Of a DNA stretch of 35,594 nucleotides, positions 1 to 11,400 are shown one piece after another; positions within the stretch are counted from its first letter, which is position 1; every line of letters starts with the position of its first letter. The notes under the pieces are model-generated. The model was not told the origin of the DNA and made no database searches. It saw only the letters and a program-made list of their open reading frames with translations. Position numbers and translations under genes: made by a program. The DNA comes from a virus. Its lineage: Duplodnaviria; Caudoviricetes. The DNA is taken from IMG/VR virus record IMGVR_UViG_3300035145_003477, positions 1 to 35,594 of that record. One strand, written 5' to 3'.

Positions 1-1
1 C

Positions 2-2725
2 TGGGCATTTAGTTTTGCAAATAATTTTGAAGTAACTTCAAGATCACCTTATGTTAAAAATGTTACTGTAATTACAAAAGGTAGTGTAACGTCAGCAAGT
101 GATCCGAGAGGCTTTGATCAAGGTGATGCAGGACGTGGTGCAAAACTTGACGGTGAACAAGCCACTGCAAATTCAAAAGAAGCAAGTATGCTTTTCCATG
201 CAGTCACTTTTATTACTCCGGCAGGTATTGGACTAAAAGCATATAACGGTGCAAGAGTTGAATGGTTAAACTCTTTTGTATATTTTGCCGACAAGGCAAT
301 GGTTGGTGAAAATGGTGTTAATGGTTTAAAAGGTACAGGTAAAACAAAAATAAAATTAAGCGGACTTGTTGGAACACCAACAGCAACAGAAACATTTACT
401 TACGTTGATTCAAATGGTCAAAATGTTAATGCAACAGTATCGTCTGTTGATGGCAATTATATTTTCTTAAACGGAAATGTTGCAGGTCTTGAAACAAAAT
501 ACCAACGTGGTGGTAAAACTATTATTTCAAATGGTAATGCACAAATAGATACAACTATTAAAAAGTTTGGCACAGGTTCTTTAATGTTAGATGGTACTGG
601 CGACTATATTGCAGTTGCTAATGATCCAGACTTTGGGTTTGGTACTGGAACATTTAGTATCGAAGGATGGTTCTACGCAAACAATGTAAGTGGAACTAAA
701 GCAATGATCGATCTGAGAGCAGGTACAAACACTGATCCAGGATTATATGTTCGCTTGGTAAATGATGTAGTGTATGTGTATTACAATGGTGCGGATATAC
801 TTAACGGTGGATCAATATCAGCAACAACATGGACTCATGTTGCAGTAACAAGAACAGGAACAACACTTAATTTATATGTTAACGGATCAAGAGTTGCATC
901 TAATAGTTCATTTAATAATGATTTAGGAGCAAGTAAACCTTTAGCAATAGGATCAACTTATGCTGGTGCTGATTATTGGGACGGTCACATTGATGACTTT
1001 AGAATATCAACAGTAGCAAGATATACATTAGGAAGTTATACACCTCCACTTAACGAAGTATCTAACGATACCGATACAGAATTACTTTTAAGATTTAATG
1101 GTGCTGATAGTTCTAATAGTTTTGTAGATGAAGTTATTGTTTTACAGTCAATTGGATTTGGCGGCGGAGCATACGCTACTGGAATTGAACTTGCAGACTT
1201 CTCAGACTTTGGTTGTGAAATTAGATCAATTGGTAGTGCCTGTGTATATGGTAACTATGGTGTGTATGGAGATGGTAACGGTGTTGTTATGTATCTCATT
1301 GGACAGAACCTTGCATACATTGGTGTAGGTAAGAGAGTTGATAATGATCAAACTTATGTTGTTCAGTCACAAGAAGTAACAAAACTTAATTCAGCAAACG
1401 TTTTTTACAGTTCAGTTGATCACAGAGGTGATTTTAGAGTAGGTGACATTTTCCATGTTGACCAAGAACTTGGTACAGTTAACTTTACAAATGCAAACTT
1501 TAACATTGATACATTAGAAAGTGTAAGATTTAGTTCAGGAAGTTCAACTACTGTAATTGACGGAACAAAACTACAAACAGGTAATATTAAATTTAGTGGT
1601 AACACTGTGGAAAGTTTATCAGGAAATCTAAATATTGACAGTGCTGATGGTATTGTTAACTTTGCAGACAATGTAAACATTGCAGGAAATTTAGATGTAA
1701 CAGGTGATGTTACTATTGGTGGTAATATTACTATTGGTGATGCACCGTCAGATAGTATTTCTATTATTGCTGGTATCTCAAGTAATTTAGTACCTGAAGG
1801 AGATGGAGTATATGATCTCGGTATTCCTTCTAATAGATGGCGTAAAGCATATTTAGGTGAAGCACAAATTGACGATATTAACATTAATACAAATGTAATT
1901 CAAACTACAAATACAAATCAAGATTTAGAATTACGTGCAAGTGGCACAGGTAGTATTGTAGTTGATAATTTAAGTTTTAAAACAAACATCATTTCAAGTG
2001 ATACAGGTAGTATTGTATTACAACCTGCAGATGGACAAGTTGATGTAAACTCAACAGGTAGTTTAACTTTACCAAGAGGTACAACAGCACAACGCCCAGG
2101 TAGTGCTGTAAATGGTATGATTCGTTATAACACAGATACTGATGTATTTGAGGGTTATGACGGACAGTGGATTACACTAAATGGTGTGCGTGATGTTGAC
2201 CAAGACACATATATTTTGGCAGAGCAAACACCAGGATCAGACGACGATACATTATATTTTTATGCTGGTGGGCAATTAGTTGCAGATGTAAATCAAACAC
2301 GTTTCAATGTAAACAAATTAGCAGTAGATGACATCGAAATCGAAGGAAATACTGTAAGAACTGTAACTACAAACGCAGATTTGAACCTACAAGCAAACGG
2401 AACTGGTAAAGTTATCATAGAAAACTTTGGTTTCAATCAAAATTCGATAACTAATAGTGTAGCCGGTGCAGTAACTACTCTTGCCCAGACTGGAAATGGT
2501 TATTTCAAGATTGAAGGACAGGGCGGATTTGTTATTCCTGTAGGTGACCTAACTAATAGACACCCTACACCAGAAACTGGAATGATGCGTTTTAACACGC
2601 AAGATGACAGAGTTGAAATTTATGACCAAGCAGGTCAGTGGGTGTCAGTAGCAGGTAGTTCAGGTGCGGTATCGGCTCAGGACGCAGAACAAATTGCAAT
2701 ACAAATGGCAGTGGTTTTAGGATAA
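2..2725 (+). CDS. Large tail fibre/virion structural protein with a LamG/ConA-like lectin domain (5' truncated by the window)
   Basis: Frame is open from position 2 (WAFSFANNF...RSPYVKNVTVITKG), so ATG 188 is internal. LamG-like block (KFGTGSLMLDG...FSIEGWFY...WTHVAVTR...YVNG...GHIDDFRIS). VFYSSVDHRGDFRVG motif shared with ORFs 5410 and 11710. Two P-x-G-x(3)-R-x...G-M-x-R-x-N units and DDIxIxxNxxxTxxTNxDL repeats typical of phage fibres. Confidence 0.8.
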   Translation, partial: WAFSFANNFEVTSRSPYVKNVTVITKGSVTSASDPRGFDQGDAGRGAKLDGEQATANSKEASMLFHAVTFITPAGIGLKAYNGARVEWLNSFVYFADKAMVGENGVNGLKGTGKTKIKLSGLVGTPTATETFTYVDSNGQNVNATVSSVDGNYIFLNGNVAGLETKYQRGGKTIISNGNAQIDTTIKKFGTGSLMLDGTGDYIAVANDPDFGFGTGTFSIEGWFYANNVSGTKAMIDLRAGTNTDPGLYVRLVNDVVYVYYNGADILNGGSISATTWTHVAVTRTGTTLNLYVNGSRVASNSSFNNDLGASKPLAIGSTYAGADYWDGHIDDFRISTVARYTLGSYTPPLNEVSNDTDTELLLRFNGADSSNSFVDEVIVLQSIGFGGGAYATGIELADFSDFGCEIRSIGSACVYGNYGVYGDGNGVVMYLIGQNLAYIGVGKRVDNDQTYVVQSQEVTKLNSANVFYSSVDHRGDFRVGDIFHVDQELGTVNFTNANFNIDTLESVRFSSGSSTTVIDGTKLQTGNIKFSGNTVESLSGNLNIDSADGIVNFADNVNIAGNLDVTGDVTIGGNITIGDAPSDSISIIAGISSNLVPEGDGVYDLGIPSNRWRKAYLGEAQIDDININTNVIQTTNTNQDLELRASGTGSIVVDNLSFKTNIISSDTGSIVLQPADGQVDVNSTGSLTLPRGTTAQRPGSAVNGMIRYNTDTDVFEGYDGQWITLNGVRDVDQDTYILAEQTPGSDDDTLYFYAGGQLVADVNQTRFNVNKLAVDDIEIEGNTVRTVTTNADLNLQANGTGKVIIENFGFNQNSITNSVAGAVTTLAQTGNGYFKIEGQGGFVIPVGDLTNRHPTPETGMMRFNTQDDRVEIYDQAGQWVSVAGSSGAVSAQDAEQIAIQMAVVLG

Positions 2726-2729
2726 TAGA

Positions 2730-3059
2730 ATGGCAACATTTTTTAAAAATAAAGTAGTAAAAGAAATAGGAAAAGTAAATGTACCAATTTATGAAGTTGG
2801 TCCAAGTGCAAGAGCAACTGTAATTGGTTTAAGTTTAGCAAACTTAACTGAATCAGTAGTTAGTGCTTCGGTACAGATTGCAGATGATACTTCTGTTACA
2901 GGTTACTACATCAAAGACGTGTTGATTCCACCGAACGCATCTTTAAAAGTATTAAATGGTGGTGAAAAAATTATTCTTGCGGCAACAAATATTCTGTATG
3001 TACAAGCAGATATTGACGCAAGTTTAGATTGTGTAATGAGTTTCGTGGAGATAGTGTAA
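2730..3059 (+). CDS. Small putative virion protein (distant paralogue of 16843..17163)
   Basis: 109 aa, AGGA upstream, directly follows a giant fibre gene. Pattern (I/V)Y-x-V...LS(L/V)xN...Y(I)xxD...I(I/V)(L/M)...LxV is shared with ORF 16843. Confidence 0.65.
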   Translation: MATFFKNKVVKEIGKVNVPIYEVGPSARATVIGLSLANLTESVVSASVQIADDTSVTGYYIKDVLIPPNASLKVLNGGEKIILAATNILYVQADIDASLDCVMSFVEIV

Positions 3060-3060
3060 C

Positions 3061-3519
3061 ATGAGTCAATTCTTTACAGGTCAAAGTATTACAAACGTAA
3101 TCCAAGACAATCTTGGAGAAAGATACTTTTATGGATTACGTAGATCAGATGATGGCGAACTGTTTTTAGGAAAACTTGACCAGTTAAGTTTAGAAGATAC
3201 TATACAAATTAATAAAGAAGGTGATGTAGAAGATAACTTCACTGACTTTGATGAAGGTGTAGAATTTTTTGAAGGTAGAGATTCAGCACACAATTTAACT
3301 TATAAGAATTTAAATTATGAACAATTTCGTTGGGATGATGCAAATTTATTTTATTACGTTAATGATGAAGGTGAATTAGTTGTAAGAATTAACCAAGGAC
3401 GTAATGATGGTGCAGTAGAATATGCCGGCGACACAATTACTATTGTAGATAGTGACAAAGAATGGGATAACACTAATCTTACATTAGATAATAACAACAT
3501 TACGTTTGACGCAACATAG
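3061..3519 (+). CDS. Acidic conserved phage protein, probably structural (paralogue of 5005..5373)
   Basis: RYFYGLRR, EFFEGRD and YEQFRWDD blocks are identical to ORF 5005; extra C-terminal WDNTNLTLDNNNITFDAT tail. Confidence 0.7.
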   Translation: MSQFFTGQSITNVIQDNLGERYFYGLRRSDDGELFLGKLDQLSLEDTIQINKEGDVEDNFTDFDEGVEFFEGRDSAHNLTYKNLNYEQFRWDDANLFYYVNDEGELVVRINQGRNDGAVEYAGDTITIVDSDKEWDNTNLTLDNNNITFDAT

Positions 3520-3534
3520 GAGCAGGAGTAGGAC

Positions 3535-4995
3535 ATGACAAAACAAGCAGTAAACGTAGGCGTACTTCCAAATGATGGACAAGGAGATAACCTCCGAGCA
3601 GGCGCTACGAAAATTAATAACAACTTTAACGAGTTGTACACAGCATTAGGAGATGGAGACCAGTTAGTAACTATTGTTAACGGTGTTCTAAATTCATTTC
3701 CAGCAACTTCTACAGGAAGTAACAAGGTAACGTTCCTTTACAATAACTTTGCGTCATTACCAAGTCCTACAACATATGACGGAATGTTAGCAAAAGTAAC
3801 AGCCGACAACGCAGTTTATTATGCTCATAACAATGCTTGGGTAAAAATGTTAGACACTACAAGTCCTCTTGCTTCTTTAGGCAACATATCTGATTCTGCT
3901 CCATCAGATGGACAAGCACTTGTTTGGAATCAAAGTAACACACAATGGCAACCAGGTAACGTTGCATCACAAGGTGGATCAAGTACATTTGTTGCACTTT
4001 CTGATACACCTACAGACTTTTCAGGTGCTGGCGGAAAAATAGTTAGAGTCAACAGCGGAGCAACTGCTTTAGAGTACAGCACATCAGTTACAGCCGCGGA
4101 AGTAGGTGCAATTCCTATTAGTGCATTAAGTAACGTATCATCTAACTCTCCAAGTACAGGAGATGTTTTAAAATGGGATGGTAGTGCATGGGCACCAGGG
4201 GCGGATATTGCCTCAGGTGGTAGTGGTCTTGATGCAGATACACTTGATGGATTTGATAGTGCATACTTTTTAGATTATAATAACTTTTCAAACACTCCAA
4301 CACTGTTTGGCGGTGCATTTTTAAACTTATCAGACACTCCAGCAAACTTTACTGGTGCGGCAAATAGATTTGTTAAAGTTAATTCAGCAGGTAATGCCTT
4401 AGAATTTGTTGTTGATCAATCAACAGACCAAAACTTATTTGCTACAATGGCCGGTGATAGCGGTACTGTAACAGCAAGTGGACTTACAGATACATTTACT
4501 ATTGCTGGTGGAACTGATATTGTTACTTCGATTACAGGAGAAACACTTACAATTGACTTCAATGGTACACTCGGAGCAACAACATTAAACGGTTTGACTG
4601 ATGTATCAACAGCAAGTGCAGTTGTAGGTAGTGTACCTAAGTATGATGGTACAAGTTTTGTAATGAATAGTGGAGCAAGTATTACATGGACACTTGGAGC
4701 CAATGGGTCAAGTGATTATACATTTACTGGTCCAGGATTTCCAACAACACAAAATGATCCAGTGTTATACTTAATGCGTGGATTGACATATTATTTTATT
4801 AACAACAGTGGCGGCGGACATCCATTCCAAATTAGAGTTTCAAATGGTGGTTCAGCATACAATACAGGAACAACAAACAACGGTGGTTCTACCGGAATTA
4901 TTACATTTACAGTTCCTATGAATGCTCCAAGTACATTATATTATCAATGTACTGCACACAGTAACATGGGAAATACAATTAATATTGTAAGTTAA
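3535..4995 (+). CDS. Baseplate-anchored fibre protein: T4 gp9/gp10-like N-terminus, fibre repeats, C-terminal cupredoxin-like domain
   Basis: N-terminus KQAVNVGVLPNDGQGDNLRAGATKINNNFNELY matches the gp9/gp10 N-terminal motif. Repeats LxxLxN(I/V)S...GxxLxW and FxxLSDTPxxFxG. C-terminal HPF...VPMNAPSTLYYQCTAHSNMG. Confidence 0.8.
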   Translation: MTKQAVNVGVLPNDGQGDNLRAGATKINNNFNELYTALGDGDQLVTIVNGVLNSFPATSTGSNKVTFLYNNFASLPSPTTYDGMLAKVTADNAVYYAHNNAWVKMLDTTSPLASLGNISDSAPSDGQALVWNQSNTQWQPGNVASQGGSSTFVALSDTPTDFSGAGGKIVRVNSGATALEYSTSVTAAEVGAIPISALSNVSSNSPSTGDVLKWDGSAWAPGADIASGGSGLDADTLDGFDSAYFLDYNNFSNTPTLFGGAFLNLSDTPANFTGAANRFVKVNSAGNALEFVVDQSTDQNLFATMAGDSGTVTASGLTDTFTIAGGTDIVTSITGETLTIDFNGTLGATTLNGLTDVSTASAVVGSVPKYDGTSFVMNSGASITWTLGANGSSDYTFTGPGFPTTQNDPVLYLMRGLTYYFINNSGGGHPFQIRVSNGGSAYNTGTTNNGGSTGIITFTVPMNAPSTLYYQCTAHSNMGNTINIVS

Positions 4996-5004
4996 GGATA
5001 GAAA

Positions 5005-5373
5005 ATGGCAAGTTTTTACGAAGGTACAGAAGTCGGAACACTACTTAAGACTGTAAAAGGCAGTAGATACTTTTATGGTTTACGTAGAACTCAAGACGGC
5101 AGTTTATATCTTGTAAAATCGGATCAAATGAAAAGTACAGACGGTGTACAACTTAATACACCAGGAGATCCAACACAAAACTATCCAGATTTTCAAAGAG
5201 GAATTGAATTTTTTGAAGGTAGAGATGAAGAACACAATCTATCATATGAAAATCTTCGCTATGAACAGTTTAGATGGGACGATAGAAACTTAATATACTA
5301 CGTAGACGAAGAAGGTAACTTAATAGTGCGTATAAACCAGGATTTTGATTTTCCAGATGGGGTATCTGAATAA
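5005..5373 (+). CDS. Acidic conserved phage protein, probably structural (paralogue of 3061..3519)
   Basis: 122 aa, AGGA upstream, collinear similarity with ORF 3061. Confidence 0.7.
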   Translation: MASFYEGTEVGTLLKTVKGSRYFYGLRRTQDGSLYLVKSDQMKSTDGVQLNTPGDPTQNYPDFQRGIEFFEGRDEEHNLSYENLRYEQFRWDDRNLIYYVDEEGNLIVRINQDFDFPDGVSE

Positions 5374-5377
5374 TGGT

Positions 5378-5383
5378 TAAATA
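5378..5383 (+). promoter_or_regulatory. Putative T4-like late promoter core (TAAATA)
   Basis: Intergenic GGTTAAATACAATAG upstream of ORF 5410; resembles the T4 late consensus TATAAATA and recurs in most longer intergenic gaps. Confidence 0.65.
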
Positions 5384-5409
5384 CAATAGTAAATCAGGAA
5401 GCAAAATAA

Positions 5410-8400
5410 ATGGCTGAATTTAAAATTGATAGAATACGATTTAGATGGACTGGCAACTGGCAGGCCGCTAAACAATACATAAAAGACGACATCGTTGCAT
5501 ACGGTGGTAAGACTTTTGTGTGTTTAAATGGACACACAGCAGATCCTGATTTTTATATTGATTATCTAAACCAAACATTACCTAAATGGACACAGATGAC
5601 CGATGGTTATCAGTGGGTTAATCAGTGGACACCTGGCACTTATTACAAAGTAAATGACATTGTACGTTATGGTGGACAAGTATATGCGGCTATTGTAGGT
5701 CATAGTGCTACAAGTTACACACCTCCGTCGACTACTACAACAATAAATGTCACAGTTGACATGGATACTGGGTCAATTACTGACACAGGTAGAGCAAATA
5801 CTACAACAGGTGCACTTTATCTAAATGGTGTTGAAAGAAATATTTTAACAATAGACAAAGGCACAACTTATATATTTGACCAAACAGACGCAACTAATGT
5901 AAACTTTGGTGGACAACAGCATCCGATTGCATTCAGTGTGTATGAAGATGGCGACAAGCATGAAACTCCACTTGTAGATTATTACACAGATGGTTTAACA
6001 TATCTAATTGACGGCATTGAAGTTACAGAAGCAACTTATCTAAGTGGATTTGCTGGTGCAAGTTCAAGACAGGTTCGTTTTATTGTACCGAATGATGCTC
6101 CAGATAAACTTTATTATTTCAACAGAACTGTAAACAGTAAAGACAAAGGCGCATATTTAAATATTGAAACACCAGGACAGATTGGTGCTAATGATTTTGG
6201 TAACTGGAAATTAATCACAGCAGATCAAAACTGGAGATATGAATGGTTACCACAAGTAATTTATAGACTTGGTGACTGTGTAAAGTATGGCGGAAATGTT
6301 TACAAGTGTACAACTGAACACATTTCTTCAACTACTGTTGCAGGACTTGAAGCAGATGCAACTAAATGGCAAACAGTTACAAGATCAGACAATTGGAAAG
6401 ACTATTGGACACCGAGAACACGTTACGTTTACGATGATGTTGTAAGATATGGTGGAATAATTTATCGTTGTCTTACTGGTCATGTTAGTGCAAACGATGA
6501 TGCATTGGGTCTTGAAGAAGATTCAACTAAATGGGAAGATTTAATCAGTGGTATCGATTACAAACAGCATTGGGTACCAAGTAGAAACATCACAGTTACA
6601 GGCATTGGTGCAGGTGTTGTTACATCAGGCGCTCATAATTTAGCAAATGGTGATTTAGTACAGTACAATACAGATGGAACTGATGCAGACAACATAGATA
6701 ATGACACTTATTATTATGTAAGAAGAGTAAGTGATACAGAATTTAAACTTTATAGATATTATGATGACGCTTTAGCAGATAGAAATAATTTAAATGCTGA
6801 TGGCGGTACAGGTAACCAAACATTTATTAAACGTTACAAGTACAAGAAAGGTGACATAGTTAGATATGGTCCAACTATGTGGTATTGTACAACTGGACAT
6901 AACACAAATGAAGTGTTTGCAGAAAGTTTCTTTAACATTTGGCTCCCAGGATATGACTACGAATTAGAATGGACTTCTTCTGAAACTTATCAACCAGGCG
7001 ATATTGTTAAACATGGTGGTTATTCTTATACCGCATTAACAGTTAATACAAACAGTGTTCCGTCATTTAACGGAATAACACAAAATACAGGTGATTGGGA
7101 ACTATTAACAACTGGTTACAGAATGGGTGGTCAATATAATACCAACCCTGACTTGGCTGATGAAGCATCTTATTGGAATATAGCACAACAATATTACACA
7201 GGTGATGTAGTAAGATTTGGTGGTTATCTATATATTGCATTAAGAGATAGTTTAGGATCAGAACCAGATGATCAAATACAGACTATCGACGTTACAATTA
7301 CTGTTGGTAATCCAGGTAGTGGAAACAGATACTATGTGAACGGTGTGCTTGAAGGTCCTATTACACTTATAGAAGGTAACACTTACAAGTTTATCCAGAA
7401 TGATTCTTCAAACTTAACACATCAACTTTATATTAGTACAACACAGAATGGTCATCATACAGGTGGACAATACAACTATGTTGAAAATGGAGTAACTTAC
7501 TGGTTAGATGGTGTTCAAGTTGCTGACTTGGCCGCATATGGAACAGGATTTGCCGCGGCAACTGAAAGATATGTTCAGTACATAGTACCACGTGATGCAT
7601 ACAAGGCCAACTATCTTGTGTGTGCAAACCATTCAGGTATGTACGGTGCTGGTGTAATGACCACACAGTACTCTAACAACAATTGGCAAACACTTATTGA
7701 CGGTGACAGATTTAGAGGTAACTGGTCAGACACAGTGCTTGTAGACGGTGTAAGTTCAACAAACAATTATTTCCTTGGAGATATTGTTACCTATGAAGGT
7801 ACACTGTGGCGTTGTATAAAAAGACATACTGCTTCGCAGTCAGGTACAAGACCAGATTTAGATGTAGAATATACAAATGAAAACTTTTGGACAAAAGTCA
7901 TCCAAGGTGGTAACAATAACGTTCTTCAATATTATGGTGATATTAGAACACATGACGGCACAGATCATGTAAGACTTGGTATTGGAAATCCAGGTGACTC
8001 ACTAAAAGTTGATGCTAATGATAATTTAACCTGGGAAGCACAAGAACAAACAGACAAAGTTTATTTTGTATCGCCAGATGGTATTGATAGCACAGATACT
8101 GGTAGAGGTTTATCACAAACTGCACCATTTAAAACTATCAAATATGCTACACAGTACATTTTAGCAGACGAAGGTACAAGAGCGCCTGCAACTATTCTTG
8201 TTAAAACAGGAAGATATAAAGAAATTTGTCCAATCAAAGTGCCGGCTAATGTTGCTATTGTTGGAGATGAATTACGTTCTACTTTTGTAGAACCAACAGA
8301 CGAAACTAAAGACCAAGATATGTTCCAAGTACGTAACGGTTGCGGTCTTAGAAATATGACACTATCAGGATTACAAGGTGAGTTTACTGCGGCAGATGCC

Positions 8401-11400
8401 TACTTACTTAAAAGAGTAACCGGCGGAGCCTTTGTTGCACTTGATCCAGGCACAGGTCCAGACGATACCAGTGTGTGGATTACTAATAAATCAACTTATG
8501 TACAAAACGTTTCTACATTTGGTAACAAATGTGTTGGTATGAAAGTTGATGGAACACTGCACAATGGTGGTAACAAGTCTATTGTTGCTAACGACTTTAC
8601 ACAAATTATTCAAGATGGTATTGGTTATTGGTGTAATGCTGATGGTTTATCAGAACTTGTATCAGTGTTTACATATTATTGTTACATAGGTTATCTATGT
8701 ACAGATGGTGGTAAGGTTCGTGCTACTAATGGTAACAACTCATATGGTGAATATGGTTCTGTTGCTGTTGGGTTTGATCAAAACGAAACTCCAATCAGTG
8801 CTAAAGTAAACAACTATTCAAAAGAAGCAACTGTAAGTAAAGTTTACAACGATGAAAACAAATTATTTGCAGTAGGTTACAGTAATACAGGTACACATTA
8901 TACAAGTGGTACTGTTACTGTTACAGGTTCGGGTGAAAACGCGGCGGGTTCAATTACAGAAATTAGAAATGGTTCTGTAACAGAAATTAGAATTACTGAT
9001 CCAGGTGACTCATCAGCGGCAGGCGGTGGTGGTTACACCTATGCCAACAACAGAGGTCAAGGTGGATCAACAACAAGCATACAAATTGCTAACCAAGATA
9101 CAAATAATGAAACATACTATTTGAATCATTTAATTACTATTGTAGAAGGTGAAGGTCGTGGACAGTATGCTTATATAACAAGTTATGATTGGAACAACGG
9201 TGGTGCAACTGCTGTATCAGTAACAAGTGGACAAGATGCTACACTTACTGAAGGAACATACACAGGAGTAAGAGGTGCAAGTTCAAGAGTAGATGCTACT
9301 GAGCCAACATTCACAATTTCAGTTGACGCAACAGGAATTGTACAAGCGGCAATTACTGATCCAGGTACTGCAAACCAAGTAGGTGATGTAATTACAATTC
9401 AGAATGCTGAAGTTGGAGGCACTGGACAAAATATTACTCTTAATGTAGATAGTGTTACTGCTGGTGATAAAACTATGACCGTTGCAAGACCTGTAGACGG
9501 ACAACCAGGATGGCAACATCATTTACCAGGTGAAACATTATCAGGGGCAGTTGGCACAGATAAAGAATTAAGACCATTAGATGAAACAACCAGATATGAA
9601 ATTACACCAAGGTTGACATTTAGTGCTCCACCTTATACAGCAAACAGTACAAACTTACCAACAGGTAGTTCAGTTGTTGCAAGTGCTGTAAGAACTTTTG
9701 AAGAAAGTAACACAAATATTACAAGAACTGTAATTGTAGGTAATAATACTATTGTGTATTCCGACAGTGGAACATCATTTACAGAAGCAAGTTCTTATCA
9801 AGATTTAAATTATGTTGGCGTAGCGGCAATCAACAGTGGTTGGATGGCTATAGATGGCAATGGTAGATGTAAGTTTAGTACTAATGGCCTATCATGGGCA
9901 GATGCAGGAGCAAACTTATTAAGTTATGGTTTGACTTTCAATAACATAGGTGGTGGAAACAATGTGTTAATTGCAACAGCAGATTCAACATCAAACATTT
10001 ACAGATCAACAGACGGTGGACAAAACTGGTCACAGGTTAATGCAAGTGTAAGTAATGCAAAATTTGTTGCATATGGTAACGGTAAATGGGTATTAGCAAA
10101 CGAAGCCGGTGACACATATGAAAGTATTGACGATGGTGTTAATTGGGCGGCAGGTCCAGACATTGGCGGTGTTCAATATGACATCACAGATTTAAAATTT
10201 GGTGGCGGAAAATTTATAGCAACTTGTTTTGATTCACCAAACGATTTATCAACTGTTAATAATGCTTTCCATTACAGTTTTACAGACGCGGCAACCACAG
10301 CAGGAAACACTGTATGGTTAAAAGGTGAAGATACAAATGTTGCTGATAACATTTATGTAAACTATCAACAGGGTACATGGTTAGGTGTAACAGCATCAGG
10401 TAGTATTATTCAATCAGACGATGGTGTATATTGGGAAAACAAAGGAACTGTAAGTGGATCATACAACGGTATGGCTTGTGGTGTAACACAAGATGGTCCT
10501 GCGTTTTATCCTTTACAAACTGGACAACAAGCATCTATGGATGTTATTACAACAGGTGCAACAACAAGAGCGACTGCAAGAGTAGATGGTGGTAAGATTA
10601 CAGAATTTATTATTCAAGAACCAGGAAGTGGTTACGGACAAAACTCACCAACTATGACAATTATTGATAACAACAATACAAAAGACATTAGTTACAATAT
10701 TAGAATGGCAAACGGTACTGTTGGACAAGTTGAATTTACAAACAGAGGTACAGGATATATTAACATTGGTGTAACAGTTGATGGTGATGGTTATGCAGAT
10801 TTATATCAAACTGGTGATAAATTAATTGTAAAAGATTTGTCAAGAGAACCTGGACCAGGTGACAACTTATACATTACAGGAATTAATGATATCTATTATG
10901 CTGTACAATCAGTAACAGACTTAACAGGTTCTGCAGGTAATTATACTGCAACACTTACAATTACTCCAACACTTGATAGAGCAGAATCTCCAGAACATGA
11001 AACTGATTTAATAATTAGACAGAAATATTCACAGGTTAGATTAACAGGTCATGACTTCCTTGAAATTGGTAAAGGTAATTTATATACATCACAGTATCCT
11101 TTACTAACACCAATTGAAGGTTATGACATAAGAGAGTTCCAAGAAACAGAAAATGCAGGTGGTGGTAGAGTTTTCTATACATCAACTGACCAAGATGGTA
11201 ACTTTAGAGTTGGTGAACTATTTAAAGTTGAACAGTCAACTGGTATTGTATCACTTAATGCTTCATACTTTGAATTAGATGGTTTAAGTGAACTACGTTT
11301 AGGTGGTGTTACACTTGGTGGCACAAATGCTGTTATTAAAGAGTTTTCTACAGATACAACATTTACTGCGAACAGTAACGAAATTGTTCCTACACAGAGG

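Noticed and set aside
2446-2453. GATAACTA inside the first ORF as an internal late promoter for the 2730 gene
   Set aside because: A single mismatched hexamer within AT-rich coding DNA cannot be distinguished from chance.
2050-2660. Tropism-determinant-like PxGxTxxRP...GMxRxN units suggesting a diversity-generating retroelement target
   Set aside because: No reverse transcriptase and no template/variable repeat pair differing at adenines was seen in the window; the motif is common in phage fibres.
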